Source of the DNA: Octopus sinensis
Taxonomy: Eukaryota
Direction: 5' to 3'
Assembly: GCF_006345805.1 (NCBI RefSeq)
Contig: NC_043003.1
Coordinates: 65,782,001 to 65,846,000, forward strand
DNA: 64,000 bases
The notes beneath the pieces were generated by a model that saw only the letters and a program-made list of their open reading frames with translations, had not been told where the DNA came from and made no database searches. Position numbers and translations under genes: made by a program. This document shows, one piece after another, positions 26,473 through 39,279 of this stretch (positions are counted from its first letter, which is position 1; every line of letters begins with the position of its first letter).

Positions 26473-28980
26473 TATTAAATGTTCTACTATATTATGTTGT
26501 AAATCGAGAGATTTGTCTTTCAATGTATGATGAGTAAAATTTCAGCCGTTTATTTTTTTTTGGGGGGGGGGACTTAGCTATGAAATATTTTTCCATATTC
26601 CTCCTGAAAGAGGTGTCGTTCTTCGGACATTTGTAGAAGGGAAAGATCTTAAATTTTCCTTCTCCACACGTAGCTAGGTGTGTACTTAGTGGTATTTTGC
26701 GTAGTTTTTCCTGCCGAATATGTTGTCGGTGAATCCTGGCTCATTGGCACAGAGAATTACCAGTTTCACCTACGTAATTCCATTGCACGTGGGGCAGGTT
26801 ATGCAGTATATAACGTTCTGCGTCTTGCAGTTCATATCTGCTTTTACTTTGAATGAGTAACCACTTTTAAATCTCATGTCTCTGTTTCCCTCTATGTATT
26901 TGTAGGTGGGGTTGCTGCAGATCCCACATCTACCATCTCCGCACTCTTTTGCAAAGAATTCCGTTTTAGTTTCTGAAGAGAATTTCGCTCTTGTTAGGTG
27001 TTTCTTTAGGTTTTTGTCCTGTCGTCTACTGTTTTTTATGCTATATTTGTTTAATATGTTTTTCATTTTGGGGCTTTGTAAGGCTATTGGTAGGTTTGAA
27101 TGTATGGTTTGGAAGATGTTGGTAACTTCAGGGTTGTGCGTGTTTATAAAAGGGATAATGTTTTCTTTGTTTTTTGTTTTGGGTGTCCTGAGTTGTGCGA
27201 TGTCTAGTTTTAATGCTCTTGTGATTCCATTTTCTATTAGTTTAAGGGGGTATTTTTGCTCTAGGAGGAAGCTTTTGAGTTCATCTAGTCTTATTAGTCG
27301 TATTTGTGAATCAGTTACTATGCTACATATTCGTCTTGCCAAACTATATGGGATGTATCTTTTTGTGTGGGATGGGTGGCAGGAGTGGAAATTTAAATAT
27401 TGGTGTGTGTCAGTTTTTTTGTAGTGGATGTCTGTTGTGACGATGGAGTTGTGTATTTTGATGTTGATGTCTAGGAAGGGAAGTTCGTTGTGGCTGGTAT
27501 CTATTGTGAAGTTGATAGATGGGTGCAGCGTATTGAGGATGTTGTGGAATGTTCGTAGGTCTTCTTCTGATCTGTTCCAAAAGATGAAGCAGTCATCGAG
27601 GTAGCGTTTCCACTTTTTCTTGATGTCTTCTCTGAAGCCGTGTTCGAAGACTTTCCCTATTTCATCGTATAGTTTGTTCTCCAGGAAACCCAACACCAGG
27701 TTGGCATATGAGGGTGCGAATTTTGTACCCATAGCCGTGCCTTTTATCTGTCGGTATGTTTTGTTGTTGAATGAGAATGTATTTTCTTCGAGTATTAGTT
27801 GGGTGGCTTGGGTGATAAAGTTTGTCTTGAAGCGTTCGTCTATAAGTTCTCTGTATTTTTCTATCGATTGTTTTATTGCTTCTAGAACTAAGGTGTGTGG
27901 TATGTTTGTGTTTTTGATTTGTGACATCAAAGCTTGCAAGTATGGTGTTTTTCGGGACTGTATTTGGAATGTGTGTGAGGAAGTCTATGTCATCCCTTAT
28001 GTAGCTTGGTATCTGTGGGCATAAAGGTTTGAGGAGTATATCTATGAAGTGGCTTAGTTGTTGTGTTGGTGCCTGGGGTCCTGCCACTATTGGTCTCATT
28101 GTGAGGTCTGCAGGCCTTTGTATTCTTATATAGTGGTTCCTCTGTTCCTTTATGGCTCTCTGTATTTCAGAGCTTTTATGAATTTTAGGTAATCCATAAA
28201 AATTGCTTTCTTTGGTTCTTGAGTTGCATAGATAGTCTTTCTCCTTATCTGTAAAGGAGTTCTGGTATTCATTGACTAAAGTTCTAATTTTTTGTATTGT
28301 TGCTTTCTCCGGTGGTGTTGGTTCGTCTTTATAGTATGTCTGGTTGTTCAGTAACTCCAGTATCTTTTCTTTGTAGTAATATGTATCCATAATTACTATT
28401 GCTCCACCTTTGTCAGCTTCTTTTATAATGATTGACTTGTCATTTTGCAGTTTTTGTAAGGCTTGTTTTTCTCCACTGCGGAGATTCTGTTTGCATTTGT
28501 ATGTGTGGAGAGGGAATTTGGATATTGTCTCTATGTATGCGTCAAGTGTTTGTCTCTTCCCTTGTAAGGGGTAAAATGGGATTTTTTTCTTATGATTGAG
28601 TTATCTTCTGTTTCTTTATTTTCAAAGAATTCCATAAGGCGGAGGTGGCGGCTGAAGTTGTCTATATCAGTTTTTAGTTCTATGAGGTTTGGAGTGGGTG
28701 TAGGTGTAAATTTGAGGCCTTTTAGTAGTAGGTTCATGTCATTTTAGATAAGTTTATTATTTTGGGGTCTATGTGTTTTGTGAGTTCATCCGGAATTTTT
28801 GGTGTATTGGGTCTGGAGTATGGTTGAAGTATCCTCTCCTTAAAAAAGGGGTTGTGTTGTTGCGTCTCCAAATTCCATTTTCAGTTCTTAGGTTTTCTTG
28901 TAGTAGTAGGGGTGGTCTGTGTGGTCTGTATGTGTTGTTTTGTCTTTGGTAGTTGTTTTCTTCCCATCTTCTGTGTTATA
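26470..28980 (-). mobile_element. Penelope-like retroelement (PLE), near full length, RT + GIY-YIG endonuclease, inactivated (Neptune-like by its Cys linker, tentative)
   Basis: Minus-strand frames join into one PLE ORF: IINLSK / LLLKGLKFTPTP (28.7 kb), IIIKEADKGGAIVIMD (~28.4 kb), FYGLPKIHK, MRPIVA, SFDV..TNIPH, GTAMGTKFAPSYANL, WKRYLDDCF, LPFLD, YKKTDTHQYL, CGDGRCGIC linker, VIYCITCPTC..YVGETG..RIHRQH..THL (GIY-YIG with CCHH). Frameshifts near 28545, 27915 and 26775, plus a stop near 26745. Both ends abut TA/TG microsatellite. Confidence 0.95.
26560..28790 (-). pseudogene. PLE reverse transcriptase-GIY-YIG ORF (disrupted)
   Basis: ORF-track pieces 28531-28737, 27662-28390 and 26770-27939, plus a shifted frame below 26775 reading YVGETGNSLCQ*ARIHRQHIRQEKLRKIPLSTHLATCGEGKFKIFPFYKCPKNDTSFRRNMEKYFIAK. 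Confidence 0.93.
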
Positions 28981-31689
28981 TATATATATATACACATATA
29001 TATCTTCTGTGTTATATATATATATATATATATATACATATATATCTGTGTGTGGGTGTGCATATACATGTATCTATATATATATGCATACATAAATATA
29101 TATATGTGTACGTGTGTGTGTGTATGTGTGTATGCGTGTGTGTGAGAGAGAGTGTGTGTGTTTCACATAACACAGCGCAGTCTTTCTGATTATATACTTG
29201 GGGAATTATAACAGAATCAAAATGTAAGATCCCATCTGATGTTTTACAAAAACAAACAACTTATTCAACTTTAGATTAGTTATCCACTTATCGTATCCGA
29301 CAGCGGTTGTGCATTCATGAATCAGAGCCTGCGTTCAGTGAAATAGAGTTGTAAGAAGGTACTTAGTTAAAACAACAGTACAGTACTGTCAGTGACTGGG
29401 GGCTCTCTTATACATAATCACAGATTCAAGAAGTAACATTTCGTATGTATGTCAACAAATCGATTTCTTGGCACTTTCGAGAAGTCGCTGCCAAAAGTGA
29501 AATATATATGTAGTTATTAAGATAATAATGAATTACATGTTTTTATAGTTGTCCATGATATATAATAGAGCTGAATAGATTATGACTTGCCTTATCTATT
29601 AATGTTGATCAAAGGATATATTTTATCATATCACAATTCATTAACAATAGCTTCGCTGAATTTAGAGTTCCAGCTGAACACAGCTGATTCTCCAGAATGC
29701 TAACATTACGAGACCATTGAGCGTAATGTAAAACAAGAGTCTACTGGGAAAGGCTTTTCCGTTTGTGCAATGATGTCTGAATTCTTCGTCTATAGACATA
29801 TTTAAATAATATACATGCACGCATGCATACCGACATGCATAACACGTGCAAATAGAAATATCAGGTGGTTTTCTCCCAATCGAGTATGACAAGCGCTTTC
29901 ACTTCTGTATGTTTTTTTTTCTTCTAAATTATATTGTCTCTCTCTGTTTTGAAGCCCAGCATCAATATGGGAAAACGAAGACACCGCCTCAAAGATACCG
30001 ACAAAATGATTCATCAACACAATGATCTCTAGAATCATGATTGGTCAAGTCAAAACTGAACATTCCATGAATGAAAATAGCATCATATATTGGTGATATT
30101 TTCTTATCGCAAACGTGCATGTTACATCTAACGAAAATGTCACCCTCTGTATTCTCGAGAATTTCGACGTAGAAACAGACCCCCATATTATATTAATGTC
30201 ATATTCTTCCAAGTTAACGAAATTCAATTTCTGAATCACATGATCAGCCAGGTTCAATGGAATATTCATTCTACACAAGGTTGCATGCTATTCTTCTCTT
30301 TGAATTAAATGCTATGTTTAATATATTCTAAAGAATATTCATTGTTCCGTTCCGTTTTGTAATGTTTGACATCCTATCATTTTGTATAGTTAAATACGTT
30401 GCTTTATATACGTAACAGGAATCACAGAATGGAATATATCTACGTCTGAATTCTCCATGAAATATATTACCATTTGCATTCTACTTGAATCTGCCGACAT
30501 ACAATTAAAACTTACGTCTCATGCTATTCCAAGATGGAATACACGATTGCTTATTCACGGTAAGAATTGCTCATGAATGAATCCCATCAGATGATGTTCA
30601 TAGAAGAGAAAACTGCATCTATTGTTTAGCTAGAATTCATTTCAGGAACAATACATTTATTCGATTAGTAAATTTCATTGCAAAAATAGACGAGAAATAA
30701 GATGTTAGACAAATATATTACCGTCCAAGCATATCATTCTAAAAGATATCACAAAGACACAGCAACGACTCTACTATTTGTAATGGTCAGATAATTTCTA
30801 TTCAAAGAAGAAGGAAAGAGGAAAACTAGTGTTGTTAGAATTTAAATTAATTTTAGTTTTTAATAAAAGATATGGAACAGACAAAGCGTTCTATCATCTG
30901 ATTGAAGTAAATCATTGAATCTTTGAAATGTAACAATAAACATTCACGTTATGGAAGGATTTTTTCTTGGCGTGTTCACCCTAATAATGAACGTCGGTCG
31001 AATAAAACATGATTTATTAGCGCGCACGTATTATTGTGTTAATATGTTTGTAAGTGCGTCGTAGATTTTGTGTTAATACAAACCTAGCCACTGTCTCATC
31101 ATATATCAACGACATGAGAGGAATATCAATTTAAATACTTATGACAGAGATACTGGAAGTGTGATAAGTTTCAGAGATTTTTATGTTTCTTATATTGCTT
31201 TATAAGGGTATCACGTGACAGAATGGTTACTGCGTCGGTGAGATTGCTTTGTAGTAGTAGCTGCGGATCTCTGAACCCTGAGTTCAAATCACGTCGGGGT
31301 TAATTATGCATTCATCCATTTGGTTTAGATAAATTACCAGCCCAAAACAAGAGTCAATTTATTTCTACCTCTCAATGCTCTTCTCTGTCTGCCATCTTCC
31401 TCCCTCCCCGTCCCCTCACTCCGTTTATCTCTTTGGCTCGCTCACTCTCCCTCTCATTCACACTTTTGGGTAGAAAATAAATGTCCCCGAATTGGAAGGA
31501 AAACGGCTGTGGGATATACCAAGTCTAAAATTTTCCCAGAATTCAGCAAATATCACAACGGAGCCCAAGTTACTCCATCCACAAGTTAAGATGCCAATGC
31601 ATGCTATATACTTATAGGTTAATAATAATATAAATGTTGCAACTTTTGTGAACAGAATATGAAACAGCGACAGTGATCTCTAAAATTGC

Positions 31690-32070
31690 GCGGTTGGGTC
31701 GTAAGGAGTTTACCTCCCAATCACATGGTTCCAGCTTCTCTCCAATAGGTGGTGACTTTGACAGGGGTCTTTTTCTATAGCCTCGGGCCAACCAAAGCTC
31801 TGTGAGTGGATTTGATTATTTGACTGACGGAAACTGATAGAGGCTCGTCGTATATACATATATATATATGTACATATACATATATATGCATATGTATGTG
31901 TGTATGCGTGGGCGTGCATGTGTGTGTTTTTGCATCTATGTTTGTCCCGTACTGTCGTTTGGCAAGTGGTGTTTGTGTGTTTACATCTCCGTAACTTAGC
32001 GGTTCGGCAAAAAAGTGTCCGATGGATTAAGTACTAGGCTTTAAAAATGGGATCAATTCATTCGACTAAA
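31690..32070 (+). mobile_element. Dominant SINE, diverged
   Basis: Same family, older copy. Further partial copies at ~4532-4648(-), 21040-21250(+), 42160-42545(-), 43060-43200(-), 45240-45400(-), 47115-47400(+), 57555-57770(-) and 62095-62310(+). Confidence 0.8.
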
Positions 32071-32089
32071 ATTTCACAAGAAGAAGAAG

Positions 32090-32305
32090 AAGAAACAGGA
32101 TCGAAGTGATCATACTTTAGCCATACTAGTCGTGATTTACAGTTTAAATATCATTTACTGGTCAATTACTGAAATATGTAATCTTGACAGAAAAATACGA
32201 AAATTGTTAAGAATACATAGAATGCATAATGGAGTATACTGGCTTCGTATATTTTACTCCAGTGTCACCTTGTTGGCATGCACTGTCCTTTTAATAATAA
32301 TAATA
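32090..32305 (+). mobile_element. R4/Dong-like (RLE) LINE relic: RT-region fragment fused to a 3' tail and (TAA)n
   Basis: TLAILVVIYSLNIIYWSITEICNLDRKIRKLLRIHRMH, immediately followed by the tail gagtatactggcttcgtatattttac..ggcatgcac and (TAA)n. Confidence 0.65.
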
Positions 32306-32479
32306 ACTAGAGCACTCAGAGGGCACCAACGTCCTCTCGACGATTAGCCGGAGATAATTTTTAAAATGAGAATATCTGAAATAAACTCAACTGCTCTCAC
32401 AAACGAGAATACTGAAAATGAGCCTAACTGCTCTCAAAAATTAAGTAAAAAAAAGAGGAAAAATAATCCAGAATCCTTG

Positions 32480-32780
32480 TCCAGTACCTGATTGATCACA
32501 ATGGTAGTCATGGAATGTGAAGATAGGTGTTTGGGCCTTCTTTGTAATGCTGTGTGCGTGTCGTCTGCAGTGGGAACAGAGACAGTTTTCTCTATGAATG
32601 CCTTTTTTAGTCTATCCACTGATATAGTGTTTTTACGACCATTAAGGCCTATAGTGAAAAATTTATCCGCGCGTTAAAGCAAATGGAAAGGACCTGCATA
32701 AGATGCTCTTAACGGAGTCCAAGAAGTAAAACTTCCTTCAAGGCAAAGCTAGAAATGTAGTTGTCAAGTAGTTAAGACGC
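32480..32780 (-). mobile_element. Gypsy-like LTR retrotransposon integrase C-terminal relic
   Basis: One frame, ~32718-32590: TPLRASYAGPFHLL*RADKFFTIGLNGRKNTISVDRLKKAF (GPY/F motif and SxDRLK). Confidence 0.75.
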
Positions 32781-33112
32781 TTTAAACAGGAGCGATATAT
32801 TCAAAATTAGTAAAACTAAAAATTGTCGTGGATAAATTAAATTTATTATTGTTACTCAATATGTTAGTATTATTTAATTCCTGAACGGTTTTGCTGCCGT
32901 TTGTTTATGTAGTTTGATTTCATTATCCGCTATTCTCTGCTAGATAGAGATACGAGTAAAATTAATAATAGAGAAACGAAAATAAAACCTTGGAAATAGC
33001 AACGCCGCCATAACTTACGTGAGAACCATGAGCGTGCTTTCAAGGGAGATAATCAGAGAAAGACTTAAAAGTGAATGTAAGATCGTAATACTTCATGTAA
33101 AGTATAAATAAC

Positions 33113-33298
33113 AAATAATCCAGAGTCCTTCTCCGCTACCGAATCGACCCCAAAATCTAATCAGTTCGTGCCAGTCACAAGGCCAAATATTCCTGAAAGT
33201 TTCATCCAAATCCGTTCCACGGCTCTTGAGATATCTTGTCCACGGACAAACAAACACGACTGAAACAATACCTCCACCTTCGCTAAGGCGAAGGTAAT
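33113..33298 (+). mobile_element. 3' portion of a Helitron/Helentron-like non-autonomous element (5' portion at ~32306-32497)
   Basis: Ends in subterminal hairpin acctccaccttcgctaaggcgaaggt, next to (TAA)n; aataatccag..tcctt.tcc..tacc is shared by both pieces. The class is inferred. Confidence 0.45.
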
Positions 33299-33301
33299 GA
33301 T

Positions 33302-33394
<93 letters not shown>

Positions 33395-34469
33395 TAATAA
33401 TTAATAATAATAATAATAATAGTCTTAATGATGAAAGTTATAGAGTTTAGTGCTTCTATAAATTGATCTTTGATTTACAGATGCCGGACTCAGAATTTGT
33501 TTCCAACAAAGACTCATAAATTGAATTCAATGAAATAAGGATCATAACTGACATCCACAAACATTTTGCATGTTAGAGCAGTCGATTAAACTGACACCAA
33601 TGATTAAGTAGTACCCGTTTCGTCAATAGAATAAATTTAGAATCTGCGGTATTAGGATTAAGATTAAAGAATTAAAAAATAACGGATAAATGTCCCAAGA
33701 CAATTTCTAACATGCTGCTAATTTAATCATTCCCTTAATTTTTAATTAAATTGGATAGTGATTTATGAATTAGGTACAAATCCAAGGCCTTTGTGAGATT
33801 CCTCAATTTAATCAATGAGTACTTGCATAATCGATCTAGCATGATTAAAATGTAAAAATCGATCGATAATGGGATTTATCCAACGCCCTTTTATTGTTGA
33901 GACTGTTCGCACTTGTATTCAAATAAGAAAGTACAATTGAGAAATAACCTGAAGTGTGTTACATGGCGCGTTTTGTGGTCTGTTCATAGTTTTAAACTTT
34001 TGTTGTGTGTCGTTGAGTGTAATTAACACAGTTTGACAAATGTAAACATACACCAATCAAAAGAGACCGTCTGATAACACTTACCGTTACTCAAATGTGT
34101 GGTTTATGGCATTTGTAATTAGTTAATTGAGAAATAGGTAAGAACATTGCAAAACAATTGCCGATTAGCAAGTGAAATTGCTCATCAGCTTAATTATATA
34201 CGCACGGGTCACTGTATTGATTTTTTGTAATAGTTATTTTTTTTTTTGAAATAAATGCAACTCCTTTATTGATTGCTTAACTAATATCAAATAGGTTCGA
34301 AAGAGAGTATATTTGCAAAACACAAATGTATATATTATTTTTGGTTGTGTAAATATAACGTGTAAATTACCTTATAAATCGCATGACTCTTCAAGATATT
34401 TATTATACAGCAAAGAAGTAATATTTCAACAATAAGTCGTCCTCCTCATCATTGTCATTGTTGTCGTTG

Positions 34470-34505
<36 letters not shown>

Positions 34506-34799
34506 CCATCAGCACGATAATCACTATCATTAACTTCTAGACCGACTGTCTCCAACCCTACGACTCACAAGACCAGGTAATGGCTGTCCATGATGTGTAC
34601 GCGACCGAGGACACAAGAACAGGACGCCGGTCCGTCCCAGGATTATTCATGTAAAGCTGATTGAACTGGAGATTTTTATTCACGAAAATAATGCACCATC
34701 CGACAGGGAAGGCAAAATCGCGATTTACCGATCGTGATTGCAACACTCCATCTACTAGGCAATGTGCCTTCACAAACTACGGAGAGCATTCCAGAAGTT

Positions 34800-34800
34800 G

Positions 34801-34895
<95 letters not shown>

Positions 34896-34911
34896 GTCAT
34901 CATCGTCATCA

Positions 34912-34955
<44 letters not shown>

Positions 34956-35007
34956 TCATCATCATCATCATCATCATCATCATTATTATTATTATTATTA
35001 TTATTAT
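34800..35007. repeat. Compound trinucleotide microsatellite (TAT-CAT-CGT-CAT-TAT)
   Basis: Directly visible. Other long tracts: (TAT)n 17040-17160, (TAA)n 18085-18237 and 33300-33420, (TTC)n(TTA)n 19979-20097, (TCTA)n 37185-37390 and 57950-58090, and many (TA)n/(TACA)n/(CA)n. Confidence 0.95.
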
Positions 35008-35127
35008 TTTTTTTTTTTTTGGAGAGGTTATTATAACTGTTTTAGATTTTTGTATAAAAATAATATACATCTAATTAGCTGATTTGCCGACATTATTATT
35101 CAGATTAAAGGAGGCACCTGTAATAGC

Positions 35128-35331
35128 ACTGTTTTACTTGTTTCAGACATTTGACTGCGGCTATGCTGGAGCACCGCTTTTAGTCGAATCAAATCAACCC
35201 CAGGACTTATTCCTTGTAAGCGTAGTACTTATTCTATCGATATCTTTTGCCGAACCGCTAAGTTACGGGGACGTAAACACACCAGCATCGGTTGTCAAGC
35301 GATGGTGGGGAGGGGAAAACACAGACACACA

Positions 35332-35380
<49 letters not shown>

Positions 35381-35527
35381 TTTCTGTCTACCATATCCAC
35401 TCACAAGGCTTTTGTCAGCCCGAGGCTATAGTAGAAGACACTTACCCAAGGTGCCACGCAGTGGGACTGAACCCAGAACCATGTGGTTCGTAAGCAAGCC
35501 ACTTATCACACAGCCACTCCTGCGCCT
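35128..35527 (-). mobile_element. Dominant SINE, full length
   Basis: Same head, body and tail as 15984-16375. Confidence 0.9.
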
Positions 35528-36209
35528 AAGAAGCACTACTTAGCACTACTAAGAACGCATCCGCTAAACACTGCTCATCACTGCTGACTAGTCTGCAGAA
35601 CGCAGACGGGATGCGAAAAGAATCTGGAAGCTCGCCATGTCATAAATTTTTGTGTTAAACTAGTCAAAAACTGCTTAGGGATTAAGTCTTATGAGTCGAG
35701 CGTCAGGAGCTGATTGAGAAATTTTGCAATTTTCTGGATGAACACCGTCGTGTGACTATATAGACAATAAAAATACGATTTGGATTTAGTGTGCCAACTG
35801 TACAGAGAAGATCTATATATATACTCAATCTATCCGTCTCGACTTGTAGTACTTTTATAGATCTTGAAAGGATGGATGCAAACTGAACCTGGAGTTAACT
35901 GAACTCTGATCGTAGAGAGATAGTTCTTACTAAATCTGTAATGATGCTTACCAACTCGGAAGATACATCGAAAGACATACTGCCTCAACTATGATCCACA
36001 CAATTACGTAGAACAGGTCTCCAATTAAAATTTCAGCTACGTTAACCGTGAAAAGGTCAACTAAGAAAGACACATCTCCAGAATTGTCTGTGTGTCTGCC
36101 AAAGTTCCGACAATATTTCCACTCTGATTTTTTGTCGTGTCAACACACTTCATTCTTCAGATTTAGAGCATTCATTTCGATCTGTCTTGGCATGTTTTAA
36201 GTATTGACT

Positions 36210-36526
36210 GGCACTCTGAGAGATACGACGACGAGTGTTCAAGTTGATCTGATCAACGGAACAGCATGCTCCTGAATTTAACGTGCAAGTGGCTGAGCAC
36301 TTCACAGACAGACGCGCGTAGTCTTAATGTAGTTCCCAGGGAGATTCAGTGCCGTACTGAATATGGAAAGACTGACTATTTGATTTACATGTACAACTCA
36401 TTTTGCCAGCTAAGTGGCCAAGAGCTACGCTAAATAAAACTTCTTACTCAAGGACACAATATTCCCACAGGAATCACGACTTTATAATGGTGAGCCGAAT
36501 AATCAAACCTTTAACTCACGCGTCTT
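36210..36526 (-). mobile_element. Second-family SINE, diverged
   Basis: Colinear with 21721-22044. Confidence 0.75.
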
Positions 36527-37180
36527 TTTTTCTGTTTTGAAACAATAATCTGATTGTTAATCCTAAATACAGTTCATTTATCATTAATATTTTGGTGGAG
36601 GTTAATGTAGGCACTAGTTTGTAAAACATATTTTCAACAAAGCTACTTATAATAATGATGTGTTTCATGTATTTTTTTTTTATGACACTGCATATGTACC
36701 TGCATACATTCAGATATGTAAGGATAGAATAATAATCTTTACCATTTTTACCATAGATCATGTACGATGGAAATATCTACTATGCAGTTTATCAATATTT
36801 GCACTTGCAAATATATAGACATTGGAAATCAAAAAACTCAAAGTAGAAAACGAAAAATAAAAAATAGCCGGAGTCTTCAAAAATATAACAATTGGCAAAC
36901 AAATTATAAACTCAATTTGTGATGAAATCACGTTCCTTACCATCAATTTCGTTATTGTTGTTGAAAATAAGTTTTTCGTTAATATGTTACTATTCTTCGT
37001 CAGTCCCAATAAATCACCTTACAACTGTCCACGTAAACTGAAATAAGGAAATTATATTTGTTAATTAGATGCCCAAATTTCAGAGTGCTTCCTCTTGCCT
37101 TTACTTTGCTGTTATAAAGCAAAGATATATGTTTAGAAAAACGGAATTTGTATTTCCTTAATTTAGAAATGAATTCAGAA

Positions 37181-37253
<73 letters not shown>

Positions 37254-37319
37254 GTATGTCAGTCTGTCTCTCTATCTAATTATCTGTCTGTCTGTCTCTT
37301 TCTATCTATCTATCCATCC

Positions 37320-37390
<71 letters not shown>

Positions 37391-38026
37391 GCGTCTGAAA
37401 GGATTGGAGACAAACACTTTCCTCTCATCAACTTCTTCAAGTATCACTTGAAAAGGAAAGTGAGAGTAAAGAGGCAAGTTTTGTCTAGCGAATGTTTTAA
37501 AAAAAGATGGGTGAATGTAGCAAGGATGGCACGTATGAATGACGAAGCCACCTTGAGCATAATCCTATGAACCCAGAAATTGAAAACTGAGGGTTACCCA
37601 CTTGCAAACAAATGTGGTAACATATAACAATATTGACCAAGGTTACCGTGGTCTTTTTCGTAGGCTTTTCTTCCCACGGATAAACCTTACTTGCTTTCCC
37701 CTTTACACCATATATCATAACACTGTGATACATGATCCCTATTGATCGTTCCTTTTTTTTTTCCTCTTCCCCTTTTTTTCCCCTTTTTCTTCTTTTTTCA
37801 TTTCTCTTTTCTTTTGTTCCTTTCCCTTTCTTTTTTTTTCTTTTATTCTTTTTATTTTTTATTCTATTTTTAAAAAATTTTTAATTTTTTTTGTTCTTTT
37901 TTTCCCTTTTACGATCCCTCTTGATCGAAAACCTACGCCAACCCCTTTTTTTCATCCCCCAAAAGAAAAGCTCTACCTTGTAACTCGTCCAATCTGTGTG
38001 CAGCCCTGTGTGGCCAATAAAGAAAC
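37391..38026 (+). mobile_element. LINE 3' end, probably Tx1/L1-like, embedded in (TCTA)n
   Basis: [48 protein letters not shown], then a T-rich 3' UTR and AATAAA at ~38016. (TCTA)n lies directly on both sides. The clade call is from recalled motif resemblance. Confidence 0.6.
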
Positions 38027-38099
<73 letters not shown>

Positions 38100-38222
38100 C
38101 TGTTCTGGCTGTCTTTGCGACTGTCTGTCTATCTATCTATCTGTCTATCTATCAATCTATCTATCTATATATCTATTTATCTATGTATCTATCCTTTCTA
38201 TCCTTTTGCTTCTCGTCATATC

Positions 38223-38274
<52 letters not shown>

Positions 38275-39279
38275 GTTATTGTGTGTACTTGTGTGTTTGT
38301 GTATATATGTGTATGTAAACATATGTATGAAATACTGTTACTATACTCCATCTCTGATTATTCTATTCTTACAGTACTGTGCTCCTTCTATGTTAGATCT
38401 AACTGCTCACGAAAATGTCATCTCTCAGCTTATTTTCTCCCACTAAAGTATTCTTTGCAGCACATTTCAACGTTATCACTTCTAGCTACTGCTTTAATTT
38501 GCTGCATTATTTATAACCGCCCACACACATTTTAAATTCTATATGTACACATACATACGATTATAAGAAAGGTAAGTTAAGCGATCATGTAAACACATAT
38601 GATAGAGAAAAAACACATAGGTCTCTGGCAATTACCTTGCTCAGCTCTTGACTGTATCTCCTATTTATTTCGAAGCATTTTAACAAGAGTATAGTTTGCA
38701 TCTGAATAAATGCTGGTAGATTTATAAGAAATCCTATCATAGTGTACTACAATGAAGACTGGGTAATACAAACCAATTGGGTTAATTAAACAGCATATCC
38801 ACGTGTTAAGAAAAATATAGGGAAATATATATATATATAATGTGGTACAACTAAGGTAGAACATGGAAAATTAGACAATAAAGTGACAAAAGAGTTATAA
38901 CTAATAAAAGCCTTTTGGGTGCAGTAAGGACACAACCAGGAACATCTGCCATATAGGCAACGCTAAGATAAAACGATAGGTTTTGGTGAACTTATGCATG
39001 TTTGCGTCTTTCTCATGTGTGTATATGTGCGAATTTGTATTGAATGTTGTCCCTTAAATTATTCAGTGAAATAATTAATTAACAAACAAAAGACTGCAAA
39101 TGATCATGCATAAGTTATAGCCGGTCTGCCACCTTAGTTTGTGCGCTAGATTGGATCAACTTTAAATTGTTTTCGCATATTAATTGTCCGGAAGTTAAAC
39201 GTTAAGTTCGGGTTTTGTAACTAATACTGTGATATTTTTAGGGTAGCTTTTGATATCTCTGTAGGATGTTCTGGCGGAG

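Noticed and set aside
26906-28024. Plus-strand ORFs of 172 and 134 aa
   Set aside because: They are antisense shadows of the PLE RT ORF.
29950-30280. Strong polypyrimidine acceptor at ~29953 and adjacent minus ORFs (29802-30278)
   Set aside because: All plus frames stop within ~30 codons and the minus peptides show no motif I can recognise.
36516-37009. Two abutting hydrophobic minus-strand ORFs, with FIICLP and SNVYIF faintly like GPCR TM6-TM7
   Set aside because: Very AT-rich DNA yields F/I/L/N-rich peptides by chance; there are no convincing conserved motifs and the frames do not join.
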